Source of the DNA: Patescibacteria group bacterium
GTDB lineage: Bacteria > Patescibacteriota > Patescibacteriia > Magasanikbacterales > GWA2-37-8
Assembly: GCA_041661385.1 (NCBI GenBank)
Contig: JBAZUP010000003.1
Location: forward strand, 1-34,298
Direction of reading: 5' to 3'
DNA: 34,298 bases
Shown: in pieces, positions 17,047 through 25,357 of the stretch
Layout: each line of letters begins with the position of its first letter
How positions within the stretch are numbered: position 1 is the first letter of the stretch
Notes under the pieces: generated by a model
What the model was told of the DNA's origin: nothing
What the model saw: the letters and a program-made list of their open reading frames with translations, nothing else
Databases searched by the model: none
Program-made: the position numbers and the translations under genes

Positions 17047-17988
17047 ATGTCAACATTAGGAAATAGATTAAAATTACTAAGAGAAGCAAAGAATTGTACA
17101 CAAAAAACAATAGCGGATCGTTTAGGTATATGCAGAGAAGGTTACACTTATTATGAACTAAACAATCGCGAACCTAACATCAAAACCATAATAAAATTAG
17201 CGGAATTTTTCAATTGCACTACTGATTACTTATTGTGTAATAGCAATAACTCTAATATGCCATTTTTAAAAAACAATAATATTGATACAAATATAACACT
17301 AGGAAACCGACTAAAAAAATTACGCTATAAACTAGATAAAAATAAAAACCAAGCTGAAACAGCACGGAAACTAGGCATATCGCCAATAAATTATAATCGC
17401 TTCGAACACGATGTAGCGGAACCAAGCTATAAAATTCTGTTAAATATAGCAAAATTTCATAATTGTACAACAGATGATCTATTCGGCATAACAAACACAA
17501 TCAACAATATTATCGTTATTGAACCAGAACCAAAAAATAACAATAACATAATCAAAATACTCCGTAAAAAGAAAAATGTGACACAAAAACAACTTGCGAA
17601 AGAAATCTCCGTAACGAAGGGAACTGTTTCCAGTTGGGAAAACAACCAAAGCGTTCCACCTTTGGTCTATCTTGAAAGACTTTCAAAATACTTTTCTGTC
17701 ACAGCGGATCTACTACTTGAAATAATAAACACATCCACTGATGTAAAAAACAACATAATTAAATCACTTCGACAAAAAAAATACTTAACACAAAAACAAC
17801 TTGCGAAAGAAATTTCTACAACACAGGCTATAACAACACAGGCTATGATTTCTAAATGGGAACTCGGCCAAAATAAAATACCTGCAGTACAGCTTAAAAA
17901 ACTCGCAAAATATTTTTCCGTCACAACAACCTATCTACTTAAACAACTTAAACAACCAACAAACCCTAATAGGAGCAACAATGTTTAA
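17047..17988 (+). CDS. XRE-family DNA-binding protein with four tandem HTH (HTH_3) domains
   Basis: Four ~60-aa units, each with the pattern LGxRLKxLRxxKxxTQxxLAxxLxxSxxxxxxxExxxxxPxxxxLxxLAKxFxxxxDYLL. Units 3 and 4 share a long near-identical nucleotide stretch (ACACAAAAACAACTTGCGAAAGAAAT). Confidence 0.85.
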   Translation: MSTLGNRLKLLREAKNCTQKTIADRLGICREGYTYYELNNREPNIKTIIKLAEFFNCTTDYLLCNSNNSNMPFLKNNNIDTNITLGNRLKKLRYKLDKNKNQAETARKLGISPINYNRFEHDVAEPSYKILLNIAKFHNCTTDDLFGITNTINNIIVIEPEPKNNNNIIKILRKKKNVTQKQLAKEISVTKGTVSSWENNQSVPPLVYLERLSKYFSVTADLLLEIINTSTDVKNNIIKSLRQKKYLTQKQLAKEISTTQAITTQAMISKWELGQNKIPAVQLKKLAKYFSVTTTYLLKQLKQPTNPNRSNNV

Positions 17989-18565
17989 AAAATTAACTTG
18001 CGGTATATTACTGATTATCTTATTAAGTATAAACATCAGTTGTTTTGCAACCGAACAACAAAATATCAATAAACCTGATCCCGACAATGACCGTCTAATC
18101 TTTTGCTACAACTACATTCTTAAAAATTCGAACGTAAACGCTAATACCGCAAATTACATTGCTCGGGCAATTTTATATGGTTGTGGAAAGTATCAAGTAA
18201 ATCCATTACTAATATTGGCTATATTTCAACAAGAATCCGGATTTGAACCAACCTCAGAATCGCCGGTTGGCGCAATTGGCATAGCGCAAATAATGCCGGA
18301 AACGGCGTATGGAATAGGTATAAATCCTAACGACGTTGGACAAAACATCATTGGCGGTATTTATTATATCAGTCAACAATTGCAAAAATTTTCAAATTGC
18401 GGAGAATGGAGTACATCTTATGCGGTTGCCGCATACAATGCTGGTCCGGGCGCGGTACAAGAGTATGGTGGAATACCGCCATACGACGAAACAATAAAAT
18501 ATGTGCGATCAGTTGGTGCAATTTATAATCGATTGCTAAAAATAGCACCACAAGGATTGTTTTAA
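17981..18565 (+). CDS. Secreted lytic transglycosylase (SLT domain)
   Basis: Signal peptide, then LLILAIFQQESGFEP (catalytic Glu), AIGIAQIMPETA and AYNAGPGAV. RBS AGGAG. The start overlaps the preceding stop by 8 nt. Confidence 0.85.
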   Translation: MFKKLTCGILLIILLSINISCFATEQQNINKPDPDNDRLIFCYNYILKNSNVNANTANYIARAILYGCGKYQVNPLLILAIFQQESGFEPTSESPVGAIGIAQIMPETAYGIGINPNDVGQNIIGGIYYISQQLQKFSNCGEWSTSYAVAAYNAGPGAVQEYGGIPPYDETIKYVRSVGAIYNRLLKIAPQGLF

Positions 18566-18609
18566 CAACCTTCGTACTAAGAGACAAAAAATATATCTAG
18601 GAAAATTTA

Positions 18610-18981
18610 ATGTTGAAGAAAATTATATTAACAATTCTGCCTTTTATCTTTCTTGTTTTCATATTAACACTTACTATTCCCGGTAATGAATATGTTGGCA
18701 AATGGACAAGAGACGTAAACGATAAAAGCTTATTTACTAACAACGTTCATACTATTAACATAACTAAAAACGACAATCAATTTAAAATATTATTTGAGTG
18801 GCCTAAATTCAACACAAATGAAAAATTTGGAAGAGTTGAAGATGGGATTTCTACCACTGAACGAATTGGGCATCTTAACAATTTGAATGTAATAGAATGC
18901 GAGGGAACATTGAATATTATTTATGTCAAAAACGGTGATTATATTAAATATGGAGGCGTTAAATTTATGCGTTCAAAGTAA
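18610..18981 (+). CDS. Small secreted/anchored hypothetical protein
   Basis: N-terminal hydrophobic signal, then a beta-rich domain starting YVGKW. No family recognised. Confidence 0.5.
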   Translation: MLKKIILTILPFIFLVFILTLTIPGNEYVGKWTRDVNDKSLFTNNVHTINITKNDNQFKILFEWPKFNTNEKFGRVEDGISTTERIGHLNNLNVIECEGTLNIIYVKNGDYIKYGGVKFMRSK

Positions 18982-19059
18982 TAATATATAATGCAAATTT
19001 ACTAAAAATAACGCCTCAAAAATACAACACTTATTTTTCAGAAGTATAAGGAGCTTTTC

Positions 19060-19446
19060 ATGGAAATTTTAGGTTTTATTATCGCTTGGGCGATAATTGC
19101 AGTAGTTTATAATCTTTTCAACAAACAAATACACTCGTATATATCAAAAAAATTCAATAAAAAATTCCGGCCAAACATGGTAAATGTTACTGAAACCCAG
19201 CAACCACAAAATTCAATAAAAACCTTTGAAATTAATCATTCGTTACTATGTGATTATTGCCGAAAAGAAATAAAAACCAATGAACATTATATAAACGGTG
19301 AAATGCACATTAAAGATAACGAAACGTTAGTAGTAATAAACGGGAAAGCCGGTTATTTGAATATACATATATCCTGTATTAACGATATATGGCAAAAGAA
19401 AATTAACGCCGAAGCAACTTCTGAAGAAAAGATTGATACTAAATAA
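19060..19446 (+). CDS. Membrane-anchored hypothetical protein with a possible Cys/His metal site
   Basis: RBS AAGGAG. One N-terminal TM. CDYC ... HISC could form a small zinc-binding fold. No family recognised. Confidence 0.5.
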   Translation: MEILGFIIAWAIIAVVYNLFNKQIHSYISKKFNKKFRPNMVNVTETQQPQNSIKTFEINHSLLCDYCRKEIKTNEHYINGEMHIKDNETLVVINGKAGYLNIHISCINDIWQKKINAEATSEEKIDTK

Positions 19447-19451
19447 ACAGC

Positions 19452-19524
19452 AACGTCAAGAAACTTTTGCGGCATAACAGGGAATCCTCGCCCTAGTATT
19501 CCACAGTTTTCTTGACGTTTTTTT
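19452..19524 (+). terminator. Rho-independent-type terminator with an unusually large (44-nt) loop
   Basis: AACGTCAAGAAA (19452-19463) pairs with TTTCTTGACGTT (19508-19519), followed by a T-run. Confidence 0.55.
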
Positions 19525-19540
19525 ATTTTGAATAGACTTA

Positions 19541-20452
19541 ATGGCAAAAATTAAGCAGGTTAAAAAAATGTTAAAGATAATTAGAAGTTTACTATTATTA
19601 GTAAGCGCAACAATAAATGGCGCGTTTTTGTTCTTTTTTCTCGGTATAGTATTTGAAATAACAAAAACAAAAGGCTATGTTACAGATTTAGTAATAATGG
19701 GATTAAAAATCCAAACTACTAATAGTAAGGCAATATATGCGTCAATAATAATAATGATAATTATCGCGCTGATTTCAAAAACTAATTTTGGAGCATACCT
19801 GGTTGTTTGTTTTTCGCTAAATGCACGCAAACCGCTGCAAATAAACAATGAGATAATTAATAAAATACTACCTTCGTTAAACATCGATAAACATTTTGAT
19901 ACAAAAATAATTAAGTTTTTGATTATCGACGAAAAAGATGCTAACGCATGGGCCGTAGGTACTCACTATGTTATATTAAGTACCGGTTTATTAAAAAAAC
20001 CAATTATGCAAATCCGATCGGTCATTTTACATGAAATTGGTCACTTGAACAACAATGACGGCAGCTATTTAATACAACTAATTGCTACCATGATTACTAC
20101 GCGCTGCATAATAAAAATGTGTAGCATAATAATAAACATAACAGGCTGTTTTACAAGGTTACCGATTATTGGATTAATCATATTATTATTATCGTTACCC
20201 TTTACTATAATGGCATATACTTTGATATATGGTTATATCAATCCAATATGTTTTTTGTCGACATTAATCAGTCAAAAATTTGAATATAACGCTGATAAAT
20301 TTGCCGCAGAAAACAACGGCGCCAAAGGAATGTATGAATTTCTTAACGGTTGTTTAGAAAACTATCGTGCACAATCGTTTTTGGAAAAAATAAGTGATTC
20401 CCATCCGTCGCCAATTAAACGGATGTTGAAATTAGAGAAATATTTAGATTAA
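19541..20452 (+). CDS. Membrane M48-family (HtpX/BlaR1-like) zinc metallopeptidase
   Basis: HEIGH zinc motif (VILHEIGHLNNND), downstream EYNADKFA (third ligand region) and C-terminal SHPSPIKRM, with TM segments on both sides. The start is uncertain (alternative ATG at 19568). Confidence 0.8.
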   Translation: MAKIKQVKKMLKIIRSLLLLVSATINGAFLFFFLGIVFEITKTKGYVTDLVIMGLKIQTTNSKAIYASIIIMIIIALISKTNFGAYLVVCFSLNARKPLQINNEIINKILPSLNIDKHFDTKIIKFLIIDEKDANAWAVGTHYVILSTGLLKKPIMQIRSVILHEIGHLNNNDGSYLIQLIATMITTRCIIKMCSIIINITGCFTRLPIIGLIILLLSLPFTIMAYTLIYGYINPICFLSTLISQKFEYNADKFAAENNGAKGMYEFLNGCLENYRAQSFLEKISDSHPSPIKRMLKLEKYLD

Positions 20453-20485
20453 AACCAGCATAACTCATTCAAAAATAAATTAATA

Positions 20486-20514
20486 TTGACTTTATGTATA
20501 TACATATATATACT
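20486..20514 (+). promoter_or_regulatory. Sigma70-like promoter (TTGACT-17 nt-TATACT) with an embedded 14-bp perfect palindrome TATGTATATACATA
   Basis: -35 at 20486-20491, -10 at 20509-20514, palindrome at 20493-20506. About 130 nt upstream of mazE. Confidence 0.5.
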
Positions 20515-20644
20515 ATTGACGAAAAGTAAATATGAAAGGGTTATGCTTTTTGAATTAATGTGATACGATTTTTTTGGCTTTCTTAACATAAAACCATAAT
20601 AATTTAGTAAACCAAAAAACGAAAACCGAAAGAGGTGGAGGAAA

Positions 20645-20878
20645 ATGAATACGAAAGTGCAACAATGGGGTGGTAGCCAGGGTGTTAGAATTCCAAAAAA
20701 CATTCTGGAAACAATTGGATTGCACATCAACGATTTAGTTGAAATTGTGGCAGGAAAAGATAGTTTAATAATCCGAAAGCCAAAAAAATATGATATCAAA
20801 ACATTATTCGCCCACTACAAAGGTGAGTACCAACCAGAAGATGTTTGGGGATCATCTGTAGGACAAGAGGCCTTATAA
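20645..20878 (+). CDS. mazE: MazE-like antitoxin (AbrB/SpoVT fold)
   Basis: VQQWGGSQGVRIPKNILETIGLHINDLVEIV matches the MazE swapped-hairpin motif. RBS GGTGGAGG. The stop lies 2 nt before the toxin ATG. Confidence 0.85.
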   Translation: MNTKVQQWGGSQGVRIPKNILETIGLHINDLVEIVAGKDSLIIRKPKKYDIKTLFAHYKGEYQPEDVWGSSVGQEAL

Positions 20879-20880
20879 CT

Positions 20881-21216
20881 ATGGTTAAGAAAGCGCGTCC
20901 AAAACAGGGTGACATATTTTATGTTGATCTGGAACCAAAAAAAGGACATGAACAAGGGGAAACACGCCCGGTAATAGTCATAAGCAATAACGACTATAAC
21001 AACCGAGTACCACTTCCAATTGTTTGCCCTGTTACTACAACAGACAATGGATTTCCATTGCACCTTGCGTTACCAAGTGGTTTAAAAACTACCGGATATG
21101 CTATGATAGAACATTGCCGTACTATTGATTACAAAGCAAGAGGATGGCGATATGTCGAATCCGCACCAATACCATTTGTTGAAGACGTAAATCAGTTATT
21201 ATTTTCTTGCTTATAA
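20881..21216 (+). CDS. mazF: MazF/PemK-family endoribonuclease toxin
   Basis: ATG at 20881 (MVKKARPKQGDIFYVDLEPKKGHEQGETRPVIVISNN..PIVCPVTT) is the canonical MazF N-terminus. The longer track ORF from 20845 overlaps mazE and is unlikely. Confidence 0.9.
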   Translation: MVKKARPKQGDIFYVDLEPKKGHEQGETRPVIVISNNDYNNRVPLPIVCPVTTTDNGFPLHLALPSGLKTTGYAMIEHCRTIDYKARGWRYVESAPIPFVEDVNQLLFSCL

Positions 21217-21230
21217 TCCAAAACTCCCCA

Positions 21231-21260
21231 AAAGACAGGTATAGATGCCTGTCTTTTTTT
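21231..21260 (+). terminator. Rho-independent terminator after mazF
   Basis: AAAGACAGG-loop-CCTGTCTTT followed by TTTTTTT. Confidence 0.7.
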
Positions 21261-21399
21261 ATTTTAAAATAGAAAAAACAAGCTAACAAAAAAATAATTT
21301 CAATAAATAAAAATATTTTTTCAAAAACCCTCAAAATGTAACAGGAATGTAACAAAAAATTGATATAATTTAAACAAAGACAATAATAAAGGAGCGAAA

Positions 21400-23805
21400 A
21401 TGTTAAAAACAACGCAGTACGAACTCAACCAAATTATATCAAGACACACCAATCAAATGCCGGCAGATTTATCCAACCGCGATTTATCCGGATTAAATTT
21501 CAACCGTGCAAAAATACCCGGTGCAAATTTTGAAGGCAGCGACCTGCGCAGAGCCAATATGTACAACTGCGACATATCTAAAGCCAACATGAATAACACG
21601 CTCATGTACGGCATAAATATGTGGTACGCCAACGCCAAAGAAGTAAGCTTAAACAACGCAAATCTAAACTACGTAAAATTAAACGAAGTAAACCTCGAAG
21701 GATTTACCGGAATAGACGTTAAATTAAAAAACACATCTTTTGAAAACTGTGATTTAGATAATGGTACATTAAAAGCCGATCTGCGTGACATTGTTCTAAA
21801 TCGAAACAATAGCGCAGCTAATTTAACATTGGCCGGATCAACAATTTCCTCAGCCGACGTTGCAAGTGGAATTTTTAAAGCATTAGACGTAAATGACAAA
21901 GATGTTAAACACGCCGAAAGCACTCGAAATAACATCCTGGATATTATCAAAAATGAAATTCATGAATTCAAACAAGGACGCCCGTCACCCACAACCGGAA
22001 AGGTTATTTCCCCGGAATATATCAAAGAATTTATACTAAACATCGAAGCCAAACATTCAAACCGTTATGAATCCAGCGGCTACAACGATTTAAACAATAT
22101 AAGCAACGGTGATTACCTGGAAGCAAAAGAACACCGCGACCTGAACTCCAATCGCGCCGAACAGCGTGGTATTGCCTACGAATTTACAACCGAAGAAAAA
22201 ATTACCGCCGAAAAACTATTAAACCACGTCAAAGAACTAGTAAAAGATTTGCCGGATAAACAAGATAAATGGTATGCCGAGCGTGTAAACGGCAAAACAC
22301 AATATTTTCGTTCGAAAGATGAAGCAAAAGCATATAAAGCTGAACACGAACCTAAAGAAAGATTATTAACCAGAGAAGAAATTATGGCCGGATTAAATGC
22401 CGCGAGAATGCGTAAATTAGGCGCTAATTTACGCCCAATTCCCGAAGACATAGCAATTGCCATAAAAGAACATCGCTTATGGTTAAACAGTAAAGAAACG
22501 CAAGGAAAGCAACTTGAATTAAAAAACATAGACCTAAGAAATACTGATTTATCGAAAATCAACTTTTTTTCCGCAAAAATTATCGATTGTGATCTGTCTG
22601 GATGCAAACTTGATTCTACTAATTTCCGAAAAGCAGACGTTTCAGGAACAAAATTTATTAAAAGCATGGGTATAAATTGTGATTTTACTGATACGAAAAT
22701 GATTAACATCAACGCATCGATGTCGAACTTTTCTAATTCAGTATTCAGAAATGCAATTATACCAAAAGGTGATTTTACCCAAAGCAAATTAACTAACTGT
22801 AATTTCAAACACGTCCAGGCAACCGGTATTGACTTTAGCTTCAGCGCTATAGACAAAGTTGAATTTAATAAAGCGTCACTCCCTTATATGAAATTTGAAA
22901 ATACCAATGTAAGAGAAAGTGTTTTCAACCAAGCTTCGATGGAATATGGAACGACCGAAAGCAGCAATTTTAAAGACTCAAAATTCATTGAAACAAATAT
23001 GAGTAATAATCAGATTTTAGAATCAAATTACGAGTATTGCAAAATGACAGAAATAAACATGCGTTATGGTGATTATGAAAAATCAAGTTTTGTAAATTGC
23101 GAATTTATTAATGCAAAAATTGACGAAGTAAACCTAAATGAAATTTCTTTTATCGATTCAAACTTTGAAAAAGCCAGTTTCTACAATACTTCATTAGATA
23201 AAACCGAATTAACTGGCTCGAATATTGAAGGAATAAATCTAACCAACAACTTTGAACGCGAAACGGAACCGTCGTTAACAAACAGAACGTTAGATAATTT
23301 TAGATTAAACAACGACAAAAATATCATTGACCAACCCGAATTAATTCAAAACACAATAAACATTGCTGATGAAAAAAACCAGGCAATGATCGAGCAAATG
23401 AAAGAAATCGACAATAACAAAGCAGATTTAAAAATGTTTAAAGCTTTCGTTAACGTATACAACAATCAAGAAACTGCGTTAACAGCAGAGGGCGAAGCAG
23501 AACGCGTATCAAGATTAACAGTATACAAACAAAGAGTATTAGATACCGAAACTAAAATTAAACAAGCCCGGGAAAAAATAACCACTTTACAAACCGAAAT
23601 ATCCCAACTGCCGACATTCGAAATTACCAAAACTCCGGACAAAGAAATCCAAAACAGTAAGCTCCATTTAGTAGAAAAAAATCAAACTATCAAAACAATC
23701 GAAAAAACACAAACTAAACTCGAAAACACTAAATCAAAAGAAGAAAAACAACTATCAACCACCACAAAAACTGTCACTAAAAAAACCAAAGGAATGGAAC
23801 GTTAA
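21400..23805 (+). CDS. Large pentapeptide-repeat protein (two repeat blocks, central unique region, C-terminal coiled-coil and Lys/Thr-rich tail)
   Basis: A(D/N)LxX-type pentads, for example DLSGLNFNRAKIPGANFEGSDLRRANMYNCDISKANMNN (aa ~25-150), and again in aa ~375-620 (NIDLRNTDLSKINFFSAKIIDCDLSGCKLDSTNFRKADVSG...). RBS AAAGGAG. Confidence 0.9.
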   Translation: MLKTTQYELNQIISRHTNQMPADLSNRDLSGLNFNRAKIPGANFEGSDLRRANMYNCDISKANMNNTLMYGINMWYANAKEVSLNNANLNYVKLNEVNLEGFTGIDVKLKNTSFENCDLDNGTLKADLRDIVLNRNNSAANLTLAGSTISSADVASGIFKALDVNDKDVKHAESTRNNILDIIKNEIHEFKQGRPSPTTGKVISPEYIKEFILNIEAKHSNRYESSGYNDLNNISNGDYLEAKEHRDLNSNRAEQRGIAYEFTTEEKITAEKLLNHVKELVKDLPDKQDKWYAERVNGKTQYFRSKDEAKAYKAEHEPKERLLTREEIMAGLNAARMRKLGANLRPIPEDIAIAIKEHRLWLNSKETQGKQLELKNIDLRNTDLSKINFFSAKIIDCDLSGCKLDSTNFRKADVSGTKFIKSMGINCDFTDTKMININASMSNFSNSVFRNAIIPKGDFTQSKLTNCNFKHVQATGIDFSFSAIDKVEFNKASLPYMKFENTNVRESVFNQASMEYGTTESSNFKDSKFIETNMSNNQILESNYEYCKMTEINMRYGDYEKSSFVNCEFINAKIDEVNLNEISFIDSNFEKASFYNTSLDKTELTGSNIEGINLTNNFERETEPSLTNRTLDNFRLNNDKNIIDQPELIQNTINIADEKNQAMIEQMKEIDNNKADLKMFKAFVNVYNNQETALTAEGEAERVSRLTVYKQRVLDTETKIKQAREKITTLQTEISQLPTFEITKTPDKEIQNSKLHLVEKNQTIKTIEKTQTKLENTKSKEEKQLSTTTKTVTKKTKGMER

Positions 23806-23859
23806 TCCAAACTACTGAGCACTTTCTTTTTCAGAAGTTAAATATAGTTGGAGGTTGAC

Positions 23860-25335
23860 ATGACCGAAGAAAACCGAAAAATATTAAACAAATTACTTAA
23901 CGCGGAAACCAGAGATTTAACAATTTTAAGTGACAAATTAAGAAATGATAAAGAATTTATGTTGGAAATGGTTAAAGATGGTTGGCCGACAATCGATTTT
24001 ATTGGCAACAATTTATTAAATGATCGCGATATATTTCTTGAAGCAGTTAAACAAAATGGAATGTTGTTAGAAATGGCTGGCGAAGAAATTTGTAGCGATA
24101 AAGAAATAGTAATGAAAGCAGTAAATAACGTTGGATATGCACTGGCTTTGGCAAACCCTGCACTCCAAAACGATCGGGATATTGTCTCGGCAGCTGTCAC
24201 TAAAAACGGTGCTGCATTACAATACGCAAGTGATAATCTACGTGCCGATCCAATAATTATCGAATTAGCAGGTGAAAACGGCAAAGATTATACAATCACA
24301 ATGCCAACAGATGAAGAAATAAAACGCGAAGCAAAAGCTGAATTATTATACGAAATAAATTTCACCGAACACTACGGACTGTCCTTAAAAGACCAACCAA
24401 ACGAATGGAAAAACGACAAAGAAATAGTTATAGCATTTGTTGCACAAAACGGCTACGAATTAGAATATGCAAGCACGGAACTACGCAATAACCGTGAAAT
24501 CGTAATGGCAGCAATCAACGAAAACGGCGCCGCACTTAAATATGCAAGTACTGAACTCAAAAACGATAAAACCATAGCAATGACAGCAGTTTCAAACGAC
24601 GGTTACGCTCTAGAATTTGCAAGTCCAGAATTACGTAACAACCATGAAGTAGTTTTAACTGCTATAACTGGAAGCGAATTTGCATTAGAATATGCAAGTT
24701 TAAAAGTAACTATAGATATAGTAAAACACAACGGTTGGAACTTAGAATACGTAAACGACGCATTTAAAAACAACCACGATGTTGTTATGGCAGCAGTCTC
24801 TAGATATGGATATGCTCTTAAATATGCCAGCCCTGAGCTCCAAAATGACCGTAATATTGTTCTACGAGCAGTAGCGCAAGATGGCACATCGCTAGAATTC
24901 GCAAGCCAGGAGCTCCGCAACGATCACGACGTTGTTATGACGGCTGTAACAAAAAACGGTTACGCATTAAAATACGTAAATCCAACACTTCAAAATGACC
25001 GTGAAATAGTCTTGGCGGCAGTTAAACAAAATGGATTTGCGTTTGAATTTGTAAACGACCAATTGAAAACTGATCCTGAAGTAATTCGTACAGTTGATAA
25101 CGATATGGCGATTCAACAATATGAAGCAACAGAACTTGGTATAGAAAAAGACAATAATTATATTAATAAACCAATTTCTGACATACCCCAATCCCATAAA
25201 CCCTACCAACCACCATCCGTTGAGCAACTAGCCGCGTTAAAACAATCCTCTGAGCAAAAAATGGGGACAACAAGCATAACAAAAGAACCTGCGCAACGAA
25301 TAATAAACCAACAATCAAAAGGATTAAGCCGCTAA
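23860..25335 (+). CDS. DUF4116-type repeat protein (about 12 tandem ~30-aa repeats)
   Basis: ATG at 23860, 5 nt after GGAGG. Recurrent unit L(R/K)ND(R/K)EIV(L/M)(A/T)AV(K/T)QNGYAL(K/E)YAS, as in Pfam DUF4116. Confidence 0.8.
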   Translation: MTEENRKILNKLLNAETRDLTILSDKLRNDKEFMLEMVKDGWPTIDFIGNNLLNDRDIFLEAVKQNGMLLEMAGEEICSDKEIVMKAVNNVGYALALANPALQNDRDIVSAAVTKNGAALQYASDNLRADPIIIELAGENGKDYTITMPTDEEIKREAKAELLYEINFTEHYGLSLKDQPNEWKNDKEIVIAFVAQNGYELEYASTELRNNREIVMAAINENGAALKYASTELKNDKTIAMTAVSNDGYALEFASPELRNNHEVVLTAITGSEFALEYASLKVTIDIVKHNGWNLEYVNDAFKNNHDVVMAAVSRYGYALKYASPELQNDRNIVLRAVAQDGTSLEFASQELRNDHDVVMTAVTKNGYALKYVNPTLQNDREIVLAAVKQNGFAFEFVNDQLKTDPEVIRTVDNDMAIQQYEATELGIEKDNNYINKPISDIPQSHKPYQPPSVEQLAALKQSSEQKMGTTSITKEPAQRIINQQSKGLSR

Positions 25336-25357
25336 ATAAAATTAAGGAAAGGAAATC

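Noticed and set aside
20449-20799. 116-aa minus-strand ORF spanning the mazE leader and mazE
   Set aside because: It overlaps the predicted promoter/operator and the well-supported mazE gene, and it reads through AT-rich intergenic DNA. No motif was found.
20845-20880. Upstream extension of mazF (MGIICRTRGLIT)
   Set aside because: It overlaps the mazE 3' end. The canonical MazF N-terminus begins at the ATG at 20881, directly after the mazE stop.
21122-21412. 96-aa minus-strand ORF across the mazF 3' end, terminator and the AT-rich spacer
   Set aside because: It runs through a rho-independent terminator and promoter region. The translation is low-complexity Ile/Leu/Phe/Lys-rich, typical of random ORFs in AT-rich DNA.
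22176-22856. 226-aa minus-strand ORF inside the pentapeptide-repeat gene
   Set aside because: A shadow ORF of a repetitive gene. It has no RBS or motif, and its sequence periodicity simply mirrors the pentapeptide repeats on the plus strand.
23838-24920. Minus-strand ORFs of 148 aa and 105 aa opposite the DUF4116 gene
   Set aside because: Shadow ORFs within a strongly supported repeat-protein gene. They are low-complexity Ser/Ala/Ile-rich translations with no independent signals.
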